Shown here in pieces: positions 46,877-56,222 of a DNA stretch of 64,000 nt. The DNA comes from an uncultured Gammaproteobacteria bacterium (GTDB lineage Bacteria; Pseudomonadota; Gammaproteobacteria; Arenicellales; JAANXG01): positions 86,451 to 150,450 of the forward strand of contig CAMYKK010000001.1 of NCBI GenBank assembly GCA_947258975.1, given 5' to 3'. A program made the position numbers and the translations under genes. Below the pieces are notes generated by a model. It was not told the origin of the DNA. It did no database searches and saw only the letters and a list, made by a program, of their open reading frames with translations. Each line of letters opens with the position of its first letter. The stretch's first letter is position 1.

Positions 46877-49270
46877 ATGCCCACGAACATCAACCGGTTT
46901 AACAACGACTACGTCATCAGCCGCAGCACCAACGACGATGCCTACGGCTTGTGGAGATTCAATCCCGAGGCCGCCGAGCTGTTCACGCCGGCCCCACTCA
47001 ACGCCGCTGCCGGCTACGATCACCGCAACAGCTTGGTCTGGATCGGAGGATATTTCCTCGAGTGGGGGCCCGTTCAGGACGCAACGGGCGGTCCTTACTT
47101 CCGCTACCGGTTGTTTGAATTCGATGCGAACAGCGACGACCCCTTATCGGTTCCGCCGGTACAACACGGCGAGTGGTCGAAGAGGAAGTTCTGGGGCCGA
47201 GGGGCCGATTTCGGCAATCCCCAAGGCGGTCACGAGCAGTACGACCAGGACAACACGCTGCGTCTGATCCCGCTTGGCAGCTATCTGTTGAATTTCGTAC
47301 CCACGACGGACCGGGGCACCTACGCGCTGTGGAACTTTGACCCCTGCGCCACCTCGCCCGGCACGGCGGATCCGGTTCCGGGAAAACACCCGTACACACC
47401 GCGGGGGTCGTTCCGGGGAATACAGGAGGGGCACGAACTGATCCCCTTGAACGGTTTCGTGCTCGATCGTGAGGTCGACACCAGCGACTACCGGTTGTGG
47501 AGCTTCGACCCGCAGGCCACTGTGCCGCTGGTGTATCCGGCGATCCAACAGGGGCGCTGGCCGCATATCGACAAGGAGCATCGGCTGGTGCCGATCGGAG
47601 ACTATGTCCTCGACTGGATCCCCGCCGACCGCAGCTACCGCCTATGGCAGTTCGACCCGCAGAGCGCGGATCCCCTGATCGGCCCGGTGCGCAACGGCAA
47701 TCTTCCCGATACGTTAACGGCGGACTCCGCGCTTATAGGCTTCCAGCCGAAGATTCCGGTGCAGGACGCGCGCGCAGGCGTTCCCGGCACCATGGACTTC
47801 ATGCGATCGAAAATCAAACACGTCGTGTACTACATGCTCGAGAACCGGTCCTTTGATCACGCGTGCGGTTGGCTCTACGCGAACGGTGCGGACGATGTGC
47901 ATGTGATCGGTCCCAACGGGCCGTTCAAGGGTGCGAGCGAAGAGTATTACAACTTGCACGGGGACAAGAAGATCAAGCTGAGCAAGTACGAGGACGGAAA
48001 GCTCAGCACCGATTACTCGCTGGAGATGTTCGAATTCGATCCCTATCACGACAATTCGGATGTCATGCGGCAGCTGTTCTTCGCCAACGCGAATGGCTAC
48101 ACCGAGCGCGCTGTCCCCGATATGGGTGGCTTTGTCGCGAACAACGGCAGCGATCAGGTGATGCAGACCTTCAGCCCCGAGCAGCTTCCGGTGCTCAACG
48201 GGCTCGCCAAGAGTTTCGCCGTCTCGGATGAATGGTTTTGCTCGATGCCTACCAGCACCGACGTCAACCGGGCGTTCGCGCTCACCGGCTCGGCGATGAT
48301 GGAACTGAACAACTTCATGAGTCCGCCGCAGTACTTCTATTGGCCCCAGCAGCCGCACCGGGCTTCGATATGGAAGGTGCTGTGGGCCAACGGCTTCACG
48401 GACTGGAAGATCTACAATTCCACCGAGTGGATCGAACACGTCTTCACCTATCAACTGTACCTGGAAGGACAGATTCCCACTGTCGACGCAAACGTCGCGG
48501 CGAAGAAAACGGACTACATCGCAGACATCGAGCGGTTCTACCAAGACGTGAAGAGTGGAAATCTGCCCGCGTTCAGCTATCTGGAGCCCGTGTGGATCGC
48601 AAAGACCGGGACCACCTCCTATCATCCGGGTGAAGACATCGTGCCCGGTGAGGTGCAGTTGAACAAGGTCTACAACGCGCTCCGCGAAGGACCGGACTGG
48701 GAAAACACGCTGCTCATTGTCACTTTCGATGAGCACGGCGGCATCTACGACCACGTGCCGCCTCCCTACGCAGAGAATCCATGGCCGAACGACGTCAACG
48801 ACGGATTTCGCTTCGACATTATGGGTCCGCGGGTGCCGACGATCCTGGTCTCCCCGTGGATCGAAGAGAAGACGCTGTTCCGCTCGGAGACGGACGTAGC
48901 CTATGACGCGACGTCCTTCCTGGCCACGCTTCTCCACTGGGCGGGCATCCCGAAGTCGAGGTGGTTCCTGGGGGAACGCACCAACCATGCACCGACGTTC
49001 GAGGGCGTGCTCACCCGGTCGGAGCCGCGGACGGACGCGCCGGCCTTGACGCCACCCTACGACAAGAATTTCCCGCCGACCGGGGAACGTTCGCCGACCA
49101 AGGCTGTGCACGACCTGCACCTGCACGTCGCCCACCAAGTGGTTGCGTCGATGGCACGTGGCAAGTTGCCGCCCGCGGACATCAGCAGGCTCTCGCACGA
49201 GGTGGCGCAAGAAACGGACCTCGATGCGCTGACGGACCGGCTCAATATGCTGCAGGAGCGCCTTGCCTGA
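46877..49270 (+). CDS. Phospholipase C / acid-phosphatase-type phosphoesterase with N-terminal five-fold repeat domain, no signal peptide
   Basis: Start at the ATG at 46877, with an AGGTG RBS. Five repeats carry YxLWxFDP-type cores. The phosphoesterase motifs are IKHVVYYMLENRSFDH and LLIVTFDEHGGIYDHVPPP. Confidence 0.8.
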   Translation: MPTNINRFNNDYVISRSTNDDAYGLWRFNPEAAELFTPAPLNAAAGYDHRNSLVWIGGYFLEWGPVQDATGGPYFRYRLFEFDANSDDPLSVPPVQHGEWSKRKFWGRGADFGNPQGGHEQYDQDNTLRLIPLGSYLLNFVPTTDRGTYALWNFDPCATSPGTADPVPGKHPYTPRGSFRGIQEGHELIPLNGFVLDREVDTSDYRLWSFDPQATVPLVYPAIQQGRWPHIDKEHRLVPIGDYVLDWIPADRSYRLWQFDPQSADPLIGPVRNGNLPDTLTADSALIGFQPKIPVQDARAGVPGTMDFMRSKIKHVVYYMLENRSFDHACGWLYANGADDVHVIGPNGPFKGASEEYYNLHGDKKIKLSKYEDGKLSTDYSLEMFEFDPYHDNSDVMRQLFFANANGYTERAVPDMGGFVANNGSDQVMQTFSPEQLPVLNGLAKSFAVSDEWFCSMPTSTDVNRAFALTGSAMMELNNFMSPPQYFYWPQQPHRASIWKVLWANGFTDWKIYNSTEWIEHVFTYQLYLEGQIPTVDANVAAKKTDYIADIERFYQDVKSGNLPAFSYLEPVWIAKTGTTSYHPGEDIVPGEVQLNKVYNALREGPDWENTLLIVTFDEHGGIYDHVPPPYAENPWPNDVNDGFRFDIMGPRVPTILVSPWIEEKTLFRSETDVAYDATSFLATLLHWAGIPKSRWFLGERTNHAPTFEGVLTRSEPRTDAPALTPPYDKNFPPTGERSPTKAVHDLHLHVAHQVVASMARGKLPPADISRLSHEVAQETDLDALTDRLNMLQERLA

Positions 49271-49330
49271 CCTGATTCGGTCCCGTCGTCGTATTGTTTC
49301 GGGGATCGGGGTCTGACACCCACGTTGGGG

Positions 49331-49528
49331 GGGGGCGGACCCGAATGGCACTTACTTAAGCCTTACAGAGGCTAAAAAGTGCTGAATTGAGGGAGAATTT
49401 CCGGGACCGTCGCCAGCAAGGATGCCGGCGCCGAGCCTACATGGGGGTATTAACGGCGTGTCCCGGGAATTGTCGCTCGGTTCAGCGTGTCGTGATCCCT
49501 TAAGTAAGTGCCATTCGGATCGGACCCC
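49331..49528. repeat. MITE/ERIC-like long imperfect palindrome (~200 bp)
   Basis: The outer arms ccgaatggcacttacttaag (49341..49360) and cttaagtaagtgccattcgg (49499..49518) are perfect 20-bp reverse complements. The inner arms 49381..49414 and 49455..49486 pair imperfectly (gctgaaTTgagGgaGaattTccgggac.. versus the reverse complement gctgaaCCgagCgaCaattCccgggac..). The central loop is ~40 nt. A G9 run abuts the left end. Confidence 0.55.
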
Positions 49529-50027
49529 CGTGTTGCGCTTGGGTCAAACGCGAATCACCAGCGCAGCGAATGTTTGGCCGACCATGATCGGTCAGGCGCT
49601 GTTTGATGCTTGGTTGTCACCATCAACAAACAATAACAAGGAAGTATTTCACAAAATGGACATGCGATTTTTGCGTTGCTTTTACATACGCGCGGGAGTG
49701 CAATAGGAATACAGACCATAGCTGACTCAAAGCGCAGCGATGTCCTGCAGCAACATAGTGAGTTATATCAAGGCATCGAGATATCTTTTCGGCACCATAC
49801 GAAGATCGCAAGCCGAGAGCGGCGAGATCTAGCTTTTTCTCACGAGAACCGCCGTGAGTATGATTGGTAGGAGCAGCAGGGTGATCGTTGTATGCTGGAA
49901 ACAACTGTTATGCCAAGCGCCGCGCTCGGCGCTACGACGATGAATCGGCATGCGGCGGTGGGACCCGGGCGCAACGGCCCCAAAGCGATTTACTGGTTTA
50001 ACGTCAACAACTTAAGGAGTAATGACT

Positions 50028-51533
50028 ATGGCGAGATATATCATGGCCAATCGAAGAGCCGGCAAATTTCGGGAGAACGAGAAAATTGCCGCGCGTGAAA
50101 GTGTCGGCATATCGCTCAGCAGTATCGCCGCGGACATAGACGTCGTGAAAGACCGGCAGCCGGAGGATCCCACCGCCCGGCGGATCGTTGTTTTTGACAC
50201 CGAACCCGGAGAAATGGAGGCAATGCTGGCGACGATGCCCAACGACGTGATCATCGAGCCGGAGATCCTCCACTGGACAACGACGTTGCCGCTAATGGAT
50301 ACGCTACGCAGACGTCGCCGTTTGTCGGATGACAGCAAGCTCGTGGGCAGCGGCGCCCGGACACGAGTGACTGTCGAGGGTGACGGTAATCCTCTTGAAG
50401 GTGCACAAGTCGTTCTCTCCCTCCGGGGCCCCGGCCAGTTGGAACGCACATTGCAGAAGACGACTCCGGGCTCCGGGCGTGTCACCTTCGAATTCAGCGC
50501 GTTTTGGAGACCCGCGTACATTATTGCCGTCCCTGCCGGAGATTACTGGGCCACGGTGTTGCTGGGTCCTGACGGCAGCAACATCACCGTGAGTTGTCCG
50601 GCGTTGCCACAGGACGGGCCCACCGGGTGGTGGCATGAGGTGCACGGCGTCAGACGGCATGGCGTACGGCGGGGAAGGGGCATCCGCGTGGGCGTTGCCG
50701 ATACGGGCATTGGACCTCATCCTTGTTTGGAGCATGCCACGGATATCGGTGCCTTTATTGAAGGCTCCCACGATCCTGACGGAGGCGCCGACGCAGACTC
50801 ACACGGGTCGCATGTGTGCGGTACCATCGGCGCGCGCCCGCAAGCGGATGGACACTACGCCGGAATTGCCCCTGGCGTGGCATTGTTTTCCGCGCGGGTA
50901 TTTCCACCCAATTCCGGTGCCAGACAAGATGATATCGTTGCCGCGATAGACGCGCTGTCGCGGGACCATGAGGTGGACTTGATCAATTTGAGTCTCGGCT
51001 CCGAGGTACCGTCGGAAATCGAACGGGACGCGATCATCGACGCACTGGAACGCGGCACGGTTTGTGTTTGCGCCGCCGCCAACAGTGCGGGCCCGGTGGA
51101 ATGGCCCGCCGCATTCGAGGAAACGGTTGCCGTATCGGCACTGGGGCTGGAGGGTTGGGGCCCGCCGGGAACGCTGGCCTCATTCCGGCGGCCGGAGGAC
51201 CCGGAAAAATTTGCCGATGACAATCTGTACCTTGCCAACTTCAGCTGCTTTGGCCCCGAAATCACCTGTGCCGGCTCTGGTGTCGGCATCATCTCTACTG
51301 TTCCAGAGCGCTTTGGTTTGAGCGCTCCCTACGGCGCGATGGGAGGAACGTCGATGGCCAGTCCCGCGGCATGTGCGAGCCTGGCGGCCGTGCTCAGCGA
51401 ATCCGCTGAATACAAAAACCTGCCCCGTGATGAAACCCGGGCAGAACTGGCCAAGTCCTTGTTACGTAACACTTCTCGTGATATTGGATTACACTCTGAT
51501 TTTCAGGGTCGCGGGATCCCGCTGGTGACGTGA
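50028..51533 (+). CDS. Subtilisin-like serine protease (S8) with N-terminal I9-like prodomain and Ig-like middle domain, no signal peptide
   Basis: Catalytic motifs: VGVADTGI (Asp), HGSHVCGTIGA (His), AAANSAGP (Asn), GGTSMASPAA (Ser). AAGGAG lies 8 nt before the ATG at 50028; the track start at 50022 is only 2 nt from it. The in-frame stop at 50013 excludes an upstream signal peptide. Confidence 0.85.
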   Translation: MARYIMANRRAGKFRENEKIAARESVGISLSSIAADIDVVKDRQPEDPTARRIVVFDTEPGEMEAMLATMPNDVIIEPEILHWTTTLPLMDTLRRRRRLSDDSKLVGSGARTRVTVEGDGNPLEGAQVVLSLRGPGQLERTLQKTTPGSGRVTFEFSAFWRPAYIIAVPAGDYWATVLLGPDGSNITVSCPALPQDGPTGWWHEVHGVRRHGVRRGRGIRVGVADTGIGPHPCLEHATDIGAFIEGSHDPDGGADADSHGSHVCGTIGARPQADGHYAGIAPGVALFSARVFPPNSGARQDDIVAAIDALSRDHEVDLINLSLGSEVPSEIERDAIIDALERGTVCVCAAANSAGPVEWPAAFEETVAVSALGLEGWGPPGTLASFRRPEDPEKFADDNLYLANFSCFGPEITCAGSGVGIISTVPERFGLSAPYGAMGGTSMASPAACASLAAVLSESAEYKNLPRDETRAELAKSLLRNTSRDIGLHSDFQGRGIPLVT

Positions 51534-51898
51534 GCGGGAAACGGTGGCGATTGTTTTCTTGTCCGTTAACCATAAAGCGATGCACGCTGACACTCGTTGT
51601 CAGCGTGCCGTTGTTCGGCGCCGTGGGAATCCTCGTTGGGTGTGCCGACAAAAATAGCCCAGAGACCATAATGTCTGAGTATATTGTCGCCGTAAAACGG
51701 GAACAGAGAGGCCAGGTGCCGGCCGACTGGGCCGACGCGCTCGAGGACCTCGACGGCGTCACGGTAACAAAACGCAGCGGTAAAAACCGGTTGAGCGTGC
51801 AGGCGACGCCAGAGGGAATCGAAGCGCTGCGAAAAAAGCTCGGCGGCTTCTGTCATATCGAGCCGGTTATTGTGCATCACCCGATACGGTCGAGGTAA
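51530..51898 (+). CDS. Small protein homologous to the protease prodomain; long form has a lipoprotein-type signal peptide
   Basis: The GTG at 51530 overlaps the protease stop (GTGA). The N-terminus ..TLTLVVSVPLFGAVGILVGC has a lipobox (LVGC). The domain MSEYIVAVKRE..KNRLSVQATPEGIEALRKKLGGFCHIEPVIVHH aligns with protease residues MARYIMANRR..ARRIVVFDTEPGEMEAMLATMPNDVIIEPEILH. An alternative short start is the ATG at 51671. Confidence 0.5.
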   Translation: MSGKRWRLFSCPLTIKRCTLTLVVSVPLFGAVGILVGCADKNSPETIMSEYIVAVKREQRGQVPADWADALEDLDGVTVTKRSGKNRLSVQATPEGIEALRKKLGGFCHIEPVIVHHPIRSR

Positions 51899-51913
51899 AC
51901 GAAGGCCACCCAC

Positions 51914-53344
51914 TTATTTCGTCGCTGACGGTGGTGTGTAGCAGTTCGGATAGGCTTTGTTCTCAAAGCACGGGTCGTAGGTTTGGTTGGTGGCTTGTTG
52001 GCACCAGCGTTGTGCCTGCTGCTGGGTGCACATTGGAGCAATCTCGTTGTGATTGAAGTAGAGGTCGACCTGGGCCAGCGTGCAGATGGTGAGCATTTTG
52101 TCCGCGGCGGGTTTTGGGGCACCGCGGCAATCGCTGTTTCCAAACCACTGCAGGCAACTGTTCCGTTTTGCGTCCGCCGGGTTGATTCCCGGAGCGTCGT
52201 TGTATTGTTTGAGGAAGCTTGCCGTGACGAGGTCTTCGGCTTCATATCTTCTGATGTCGGGTATGGCGCCGGGGTCGTTGGTGCAATCCCCAGTGACGCC
52301 GGCGGCGATCATGTGGTTGGCGCCCATGTAGGGAGTCGCTTTGTTACTGCGTGCATCTATTTTTACCGCCCCCGCCTGGAGTACCTTCATTTGCGGGATG
52401 CCGGGGGGGTTGGTGGGCATTTGATCCCGGTAGCGTACCCGGAACCAGCCGGGGGCTTGGGGATCGTAAAGGGGTGATCCGGCGACCAGCAGGGGTAAGG
52501 TGTAGGGATTGTTGTGATTATGCGGTGGGTTGAGCATCAACTCCATCATCGCGCGAATGTAACTCTTGTCGATGTTGTCGTCGTCGAAATAAACTGATGA
52601 GAGCATGATGGGGAAGTAGTCGTTGGGATATTCAGACTGGCCGGAGCCCGGGGCGGCGATGGGATTTACGTCCAATATGGCATCATAGAGCAAGTGCTCT
52701 TGCGGCGGGATGCCCGCGGCGGTGATGAGGCGCTGCCAGCGCTCCAGCGTCATGTTATGCAGGTAGTCGGCGTTCTGCATGGCTACGTATGGGGGGTAGT
52801 GCAGCAGGGTGAGCGCTTTGTGGTTGACGATGGGCATGCCCAGCGGCAGGTAGGTGTACCATTTGACGTCGCCGTCGTGTTTGTTTACCGGGTAGCCGGA
52901 CATGGGGTTCCAGCACCCCGGCGTGTTTTGGCATTTTTCAGCGCCTGCAACGGCCAGTCCGGCGTGTTGTCGGTCGAGTATGGCGGGGTGCATGGTTGCG
53001 TAATGTTGGCCGCGCGCTTCGTGTCCCGCTTCGGTTTCAAAGTGAATTCGATAGCGGTTGCTGCCGTTGATGTCGGTCACTTTGAGGGAGTTGGGAACGA
53101 TCTTGATGCCGTCCGCGTGGAGTGAGCTTGCGGTGAAGTGCGCGATCACCTTCTCCGGTGTGGTGAGCCCCAGTTGCGGGTTGATCAGCGCGGGGGCCGG
53201 GTACAGACGGCTCTGGTAAGCGGCGTCTCCGGGCAGGTCATAAACCACGAGAGCAGAGGGCGGTTCGCCTTGGGCTGTCGCCCAAGCGTTGCACACAAGG
53301 AAGACGATAACGACGGATAAAGCGTGAAATTTTACTTTATGCAT
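51914..53344 (-). CDS. Secreted protein of unrecognised family with Cys-rich C-terminus (paralogue of 36949..38223)
   Basis: Trimmed to the ATG at 53344, giving signal peptide MHKVKFHALSVVIVFLVCNAWATAQG. Contains LLHYPP, NPIAAPG and GANH motifs. There are eight Cys in the last ~85 aa. Confidence 0.65.
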   Translation of the reverse strand: MHKVKFHALSVVIVFLVCNAWATAQGEPPSALVVYDLPGDAAYQSRLYPAPALINPQLGLTTPEKVIAHFTASSLHADGIKIVPNSLKVTDINGSNRYRIHFETEAGHEARGQHYATMHPAILDRQHAGLAVAGAEKCQNTPGCWNPMSGYPVNKHDGDVKWYTYLPLGMPIVNHKALTLLHYPPYVAMQNADYLHNMTLERWQRLITAAGIPPQEHLLYDAILDVNPIAAPGSGQSEYPNDYFPIMLSSVYFDDDNIDKSYIRAMMELMLNPPHNHNNPYTLPLLVAGSPLYDPQAPGWFRVRYRDQMPTNPPGIPQMKVLQAGAVKIDARSNKATPYMGANHMIAAGVTGDCTNDPGAIPDIRRYEAEDLVTASFLKQYNDAPGINPADAKRNSCLQWFGNSDCRGAPKPAADKMLTICTLAQVDLYFNHNEIAPMCTQQQAQRWCQQATNQTYDPCFENKAYPNCYTPPSATK

Positions 53345-53640
53345 GGTTGTTATCCTCTTTTGATGGGTTGTTTGCGGGTTGACATGCAAACGTCGCATAG
53401 ATTGTGAACAGGTCCGCAAAGTGGATATGTTTTAGAAAGTTATCGGCGCCGAACTTTGATCCATGTGTGCGAAGACAAAAGGTCCAATCGATCCAAAGCC
53501 GGAAGAATACAATAATTCGACGTGAGCCTGGTCTCAGCATCTGGGAGGATATGCGGCTCCAAACAGGCAGGCATAGTTGGCCCGTTTGGGCCGGTTAACC
53601 GGCGGGTCAAATTGCAATGCCGGTTTGACAGCCAGACGAA

Positions 53641-55599
53641 TTATCGGGACGCACGCCGCGGGATCGACTGCTTGAGGCTTTTTCGCTTATACATCGCCTT
53701 GTCGGCGCGCAAGATCAGTTCATCAATAGACACGATGTTTGTTGTATTATGAGTTGAGAATCCGACGCTGATCGACAGGGTATAATTTTTGTCGCTTGCC
53801 GAGTTGAACGCTACAGCGTGTTCCTCAATGTGGCGTATCACCACTTTTTCGACATCTGCTGTCTTTAAGCCCGTCAACAGCACGACGAATTCGTCCCCGC
53901 CGTAACGCGCGATAATATCGGATTCGCGCACAGATCCCTGCAGAATCTGTGCGACCTCCTTGAGCGCCCGATCTCCTTCCGCGTGGCCGAATTTGTCGTT
54001 AATGTGTTTCAGGTTGTCCATGTCGGCGAACAACACAACTATGGGCGAGTTATTGCGGATGGCCATTTTCATCTGTTGCTTCGCCAAAAGATACAATCCT
54101 TGCCGGTTAAATACCCCGGTGAGCGTATCGATGATCGCGGATTCCTCGTATTTCACCGCGTCGGCGCCCCGGTAACCCAGCAACTCGCCGCTCTTGCCGA
54201 GTACCGGTATCCCGCTCGTTGTCAGCCACACGGATTTGCCGTTTTTATGGACGTTGCGGTTGATGAACTCGCGGAAAGCCCCCTTTGATGCAAACACCTT
54301 GAACGCCTCCTGCTTTAATGTTTCGCGGTCATCGGGATGGAAGAAATCATAAAAGTACCTGTTCAGCATTTCTTCGGATGTATAACCCAGAATCTTCGTG
54401 ATTGTTGGGCTGGCGTAGGTGTATTTGCCGTTGGCATCGACCTCCCAGATCCATTCATTCGCATTCTCTGCGATGTCAATGAATCGCCGTTCACTGACCC
54501 GCAACGCAGATTCAGACATTTTCCTGATGAGACCCAAGCGCGACAGATAAACCGCGCCGGGGACCAGAAGCAAGAATGCGAAGATAGCTATGGGCAGGAA
54601 CGCGCGTAATAGTTTTTGTCGCCCGGCGCTGAGGATATCCGGGGCAACTTGAGCCACCACCGTCCAGTAGTAGTCCTCGGCACCCGCTGCCGCGTTACCG
54701 GATGCGGAGAGGCTATCCGAGATCGCAGCGAACCGCCGCGCTGCCATTAAGGGGTATACGGTAGTGAACGTGAATAGACCGAAGTCGCCCCGAAGTTGCC
54801 CAGATTGATTGGTGGATATTGTCCGCCACGCGTCTGGAAACATGCGTTGGAACGTCTTGTCCCGTCTTTCCTCAAACATGAAGCCCCACTCATCCTCCGG
54901 GGTCGGCCCCTTTAGCCAGTAACCCTGCGCGTTGAGGAGCATGATCAGGCCTGAGCCACGATAGAATTTGTCGAGGTTCTCGAGCAGGTGCGAACCAAAG
55001 TAATTAAGAACCACGATCCCGATCTTATTACCCAGATTATCGAAGACCGGAGTGCCAAAACGGATCAATGGTTTTATGGGCAGTTCTATCTCTCCACGTT
55101 CAATATTCAGGTCCAATGGGGAAACAAATATCTCTCCTCTGTTGAGAACAAAGGTGTCCTTGAAATAATAACGCCCGGCCTTGTTCTGAAGTTTCCCTGT
55201 TGGCACAACGGTTGGGTTGCCATTTTGGTAATTGACACGCACGACCTCCATCCCGGTGTGATCAATAAAGCGTACTTGATCATAGATCTTTCTTCTTCGC
55301 GAAAACGACAGATAGTCAGAAGCCAGATCCTGGGTCTGCTGATCGGTGAGGGTTCCCTCGAGGTTGTTTAACTCGTGGTGTTCAGAGAGGAATATCAGCT
55401 CTGAAACCGCAATATCGAAGTCCGCCGCAACGATATTCTTGATGAGATTTACGTTATTGACCTCATCAGCATCAAGGACAGACTTCTGGCCCTTGAGCTC
55501 GGTGCCATAGATCAATACGGTGATAGCAACAAGCAGCGCTGTGGCAGGCAGGATGATCAGCAATGACCGTTTTACGACCAACCAAGGATCTATTTTCAT
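53641..55599 (-). CDS. Diguanylate cyclase with periplasmic Cache-like sensor, PAS and GGDEF domains
   Basis: Start at the ATG at 55599 (MKIDPWLVVKRSLLIILPATALLV). There are two TM helices flanking a ~270-aa extracytoplasmic region, and a PAS region (FIDIAENANEWIWEVDANGKYTY). The active site is RYGGDEF, with an RESD I-site 5 residues upstream. Confidence 0.9.
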   Translation of the reverse strand: MKIDPWLVVKRSLLIILPATALLVAITVLIYGTELKGQKSVLDADEVNNVNLIKNIVAADFDIAVSELIFLSEHHELNNLEGTLTDQQTQDLASDYLSFSRRRKIYDQVRFIDHTGMEVVRVNYQNGNPTVVPTGKLQNKAGRYYFKDTFVLNRGEIFVSPLDLNIERGEIELPIKPLIRFGTPVFDNLGNKIGIVVLNYFGSHLLENLDKFYRGSGLIMLLNAQGYWLKGPTPEDEWGFMFEERRDKTFQRMFPDAWRTISTNQSGQLRGDFGLFTFTTVYPLMAARRFAAISDSLSASGNAAAGAEDYYWTVVAQVAPDILSAGRQKLLRAFLPIAIFAFLLLVPGAVYLSRLGLIRKMSESALRVSERRFIDIAENANEWIWEVDANGKYTYASPTITKILGYTSEEMLNRYFYDFFHPDDRETLKQEAFKVFASKGAFREFINRNVHKNGKSVWLTTSGIPVLGKSGELLGYRGADAVKYEESAIIDTLTGVFNRQGLYLLAKQQMKMAIRNNSPIVVLFADMDNLKHINDKFGHAEGDRALKEVAQILQGSVRESDIIARYGGDEFVVLLTGLKTADVEKVVIRHIEEHAVAFNSASDKNYTLSISVGFSTHNTTNIVSIDELILRADKAMYKRKSLKQSIPRRASR

Positions 55600-56222
55600 T
55601 TCTATTCCACGATACGCCCGAACTGCTCGCGACAGGAGCGCGAGTCCGCGCAGCATACGGTTAGCGGGTGTCAACTCATGCCGGCTTTCGCCCCACAAAA
55701 ACGGGATACTTTGATTGTTGCGCCGTGATGTGCCGTATACCTATGGCCGCTCCTGATTATGATCAGTATAGGACCGAATGTCGCCGGTAGCCGGGACGCG
55801 GGCTGGATTTCGTCGTATGCCCGACGCATTCAGTCGGACTTTCAAGTGTTAAACGCTGTCCTGCCGAAGAAACAAGATGCCCTCCGAGCGCTGGTTTTTG
55901 TGTCCCCTGTGCCGGTAAATGCGTATCCAACTTCCGGCCGGACGATGCGGGCGGGTCCGCTAGTCGTCGCGCTGCTTATATTGGGGCTCCTCTCAGGCTA
56001 CGGTGTCAGCTGGACGACCCGCAATAATACTCAGCCGGGCTCATCGCCTGCAGGCTTTCACACCCTCGAGTCGTTCCGCAGTTCGGATGGACCCAACGCA
56101 GCGTTGAATCCCGCACGATCGCTCTTAGACTGGCGAACTTCTCTTCGACCTGCCAACCACTTAGATGCGCCTTCAACGTTCGGCGTATATTGCGTTGTCG
56201 TTGCTGTGGACGTCAATCAGGG

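Noticed and set aside
47714-49351. 545-aa ORF on the minus strand
   Set aside because: It is antisense to the phosphoesterase gene, which carries clear ENRSFDH and FDEHGG motifs. Its composition is extremely Arg-rich.
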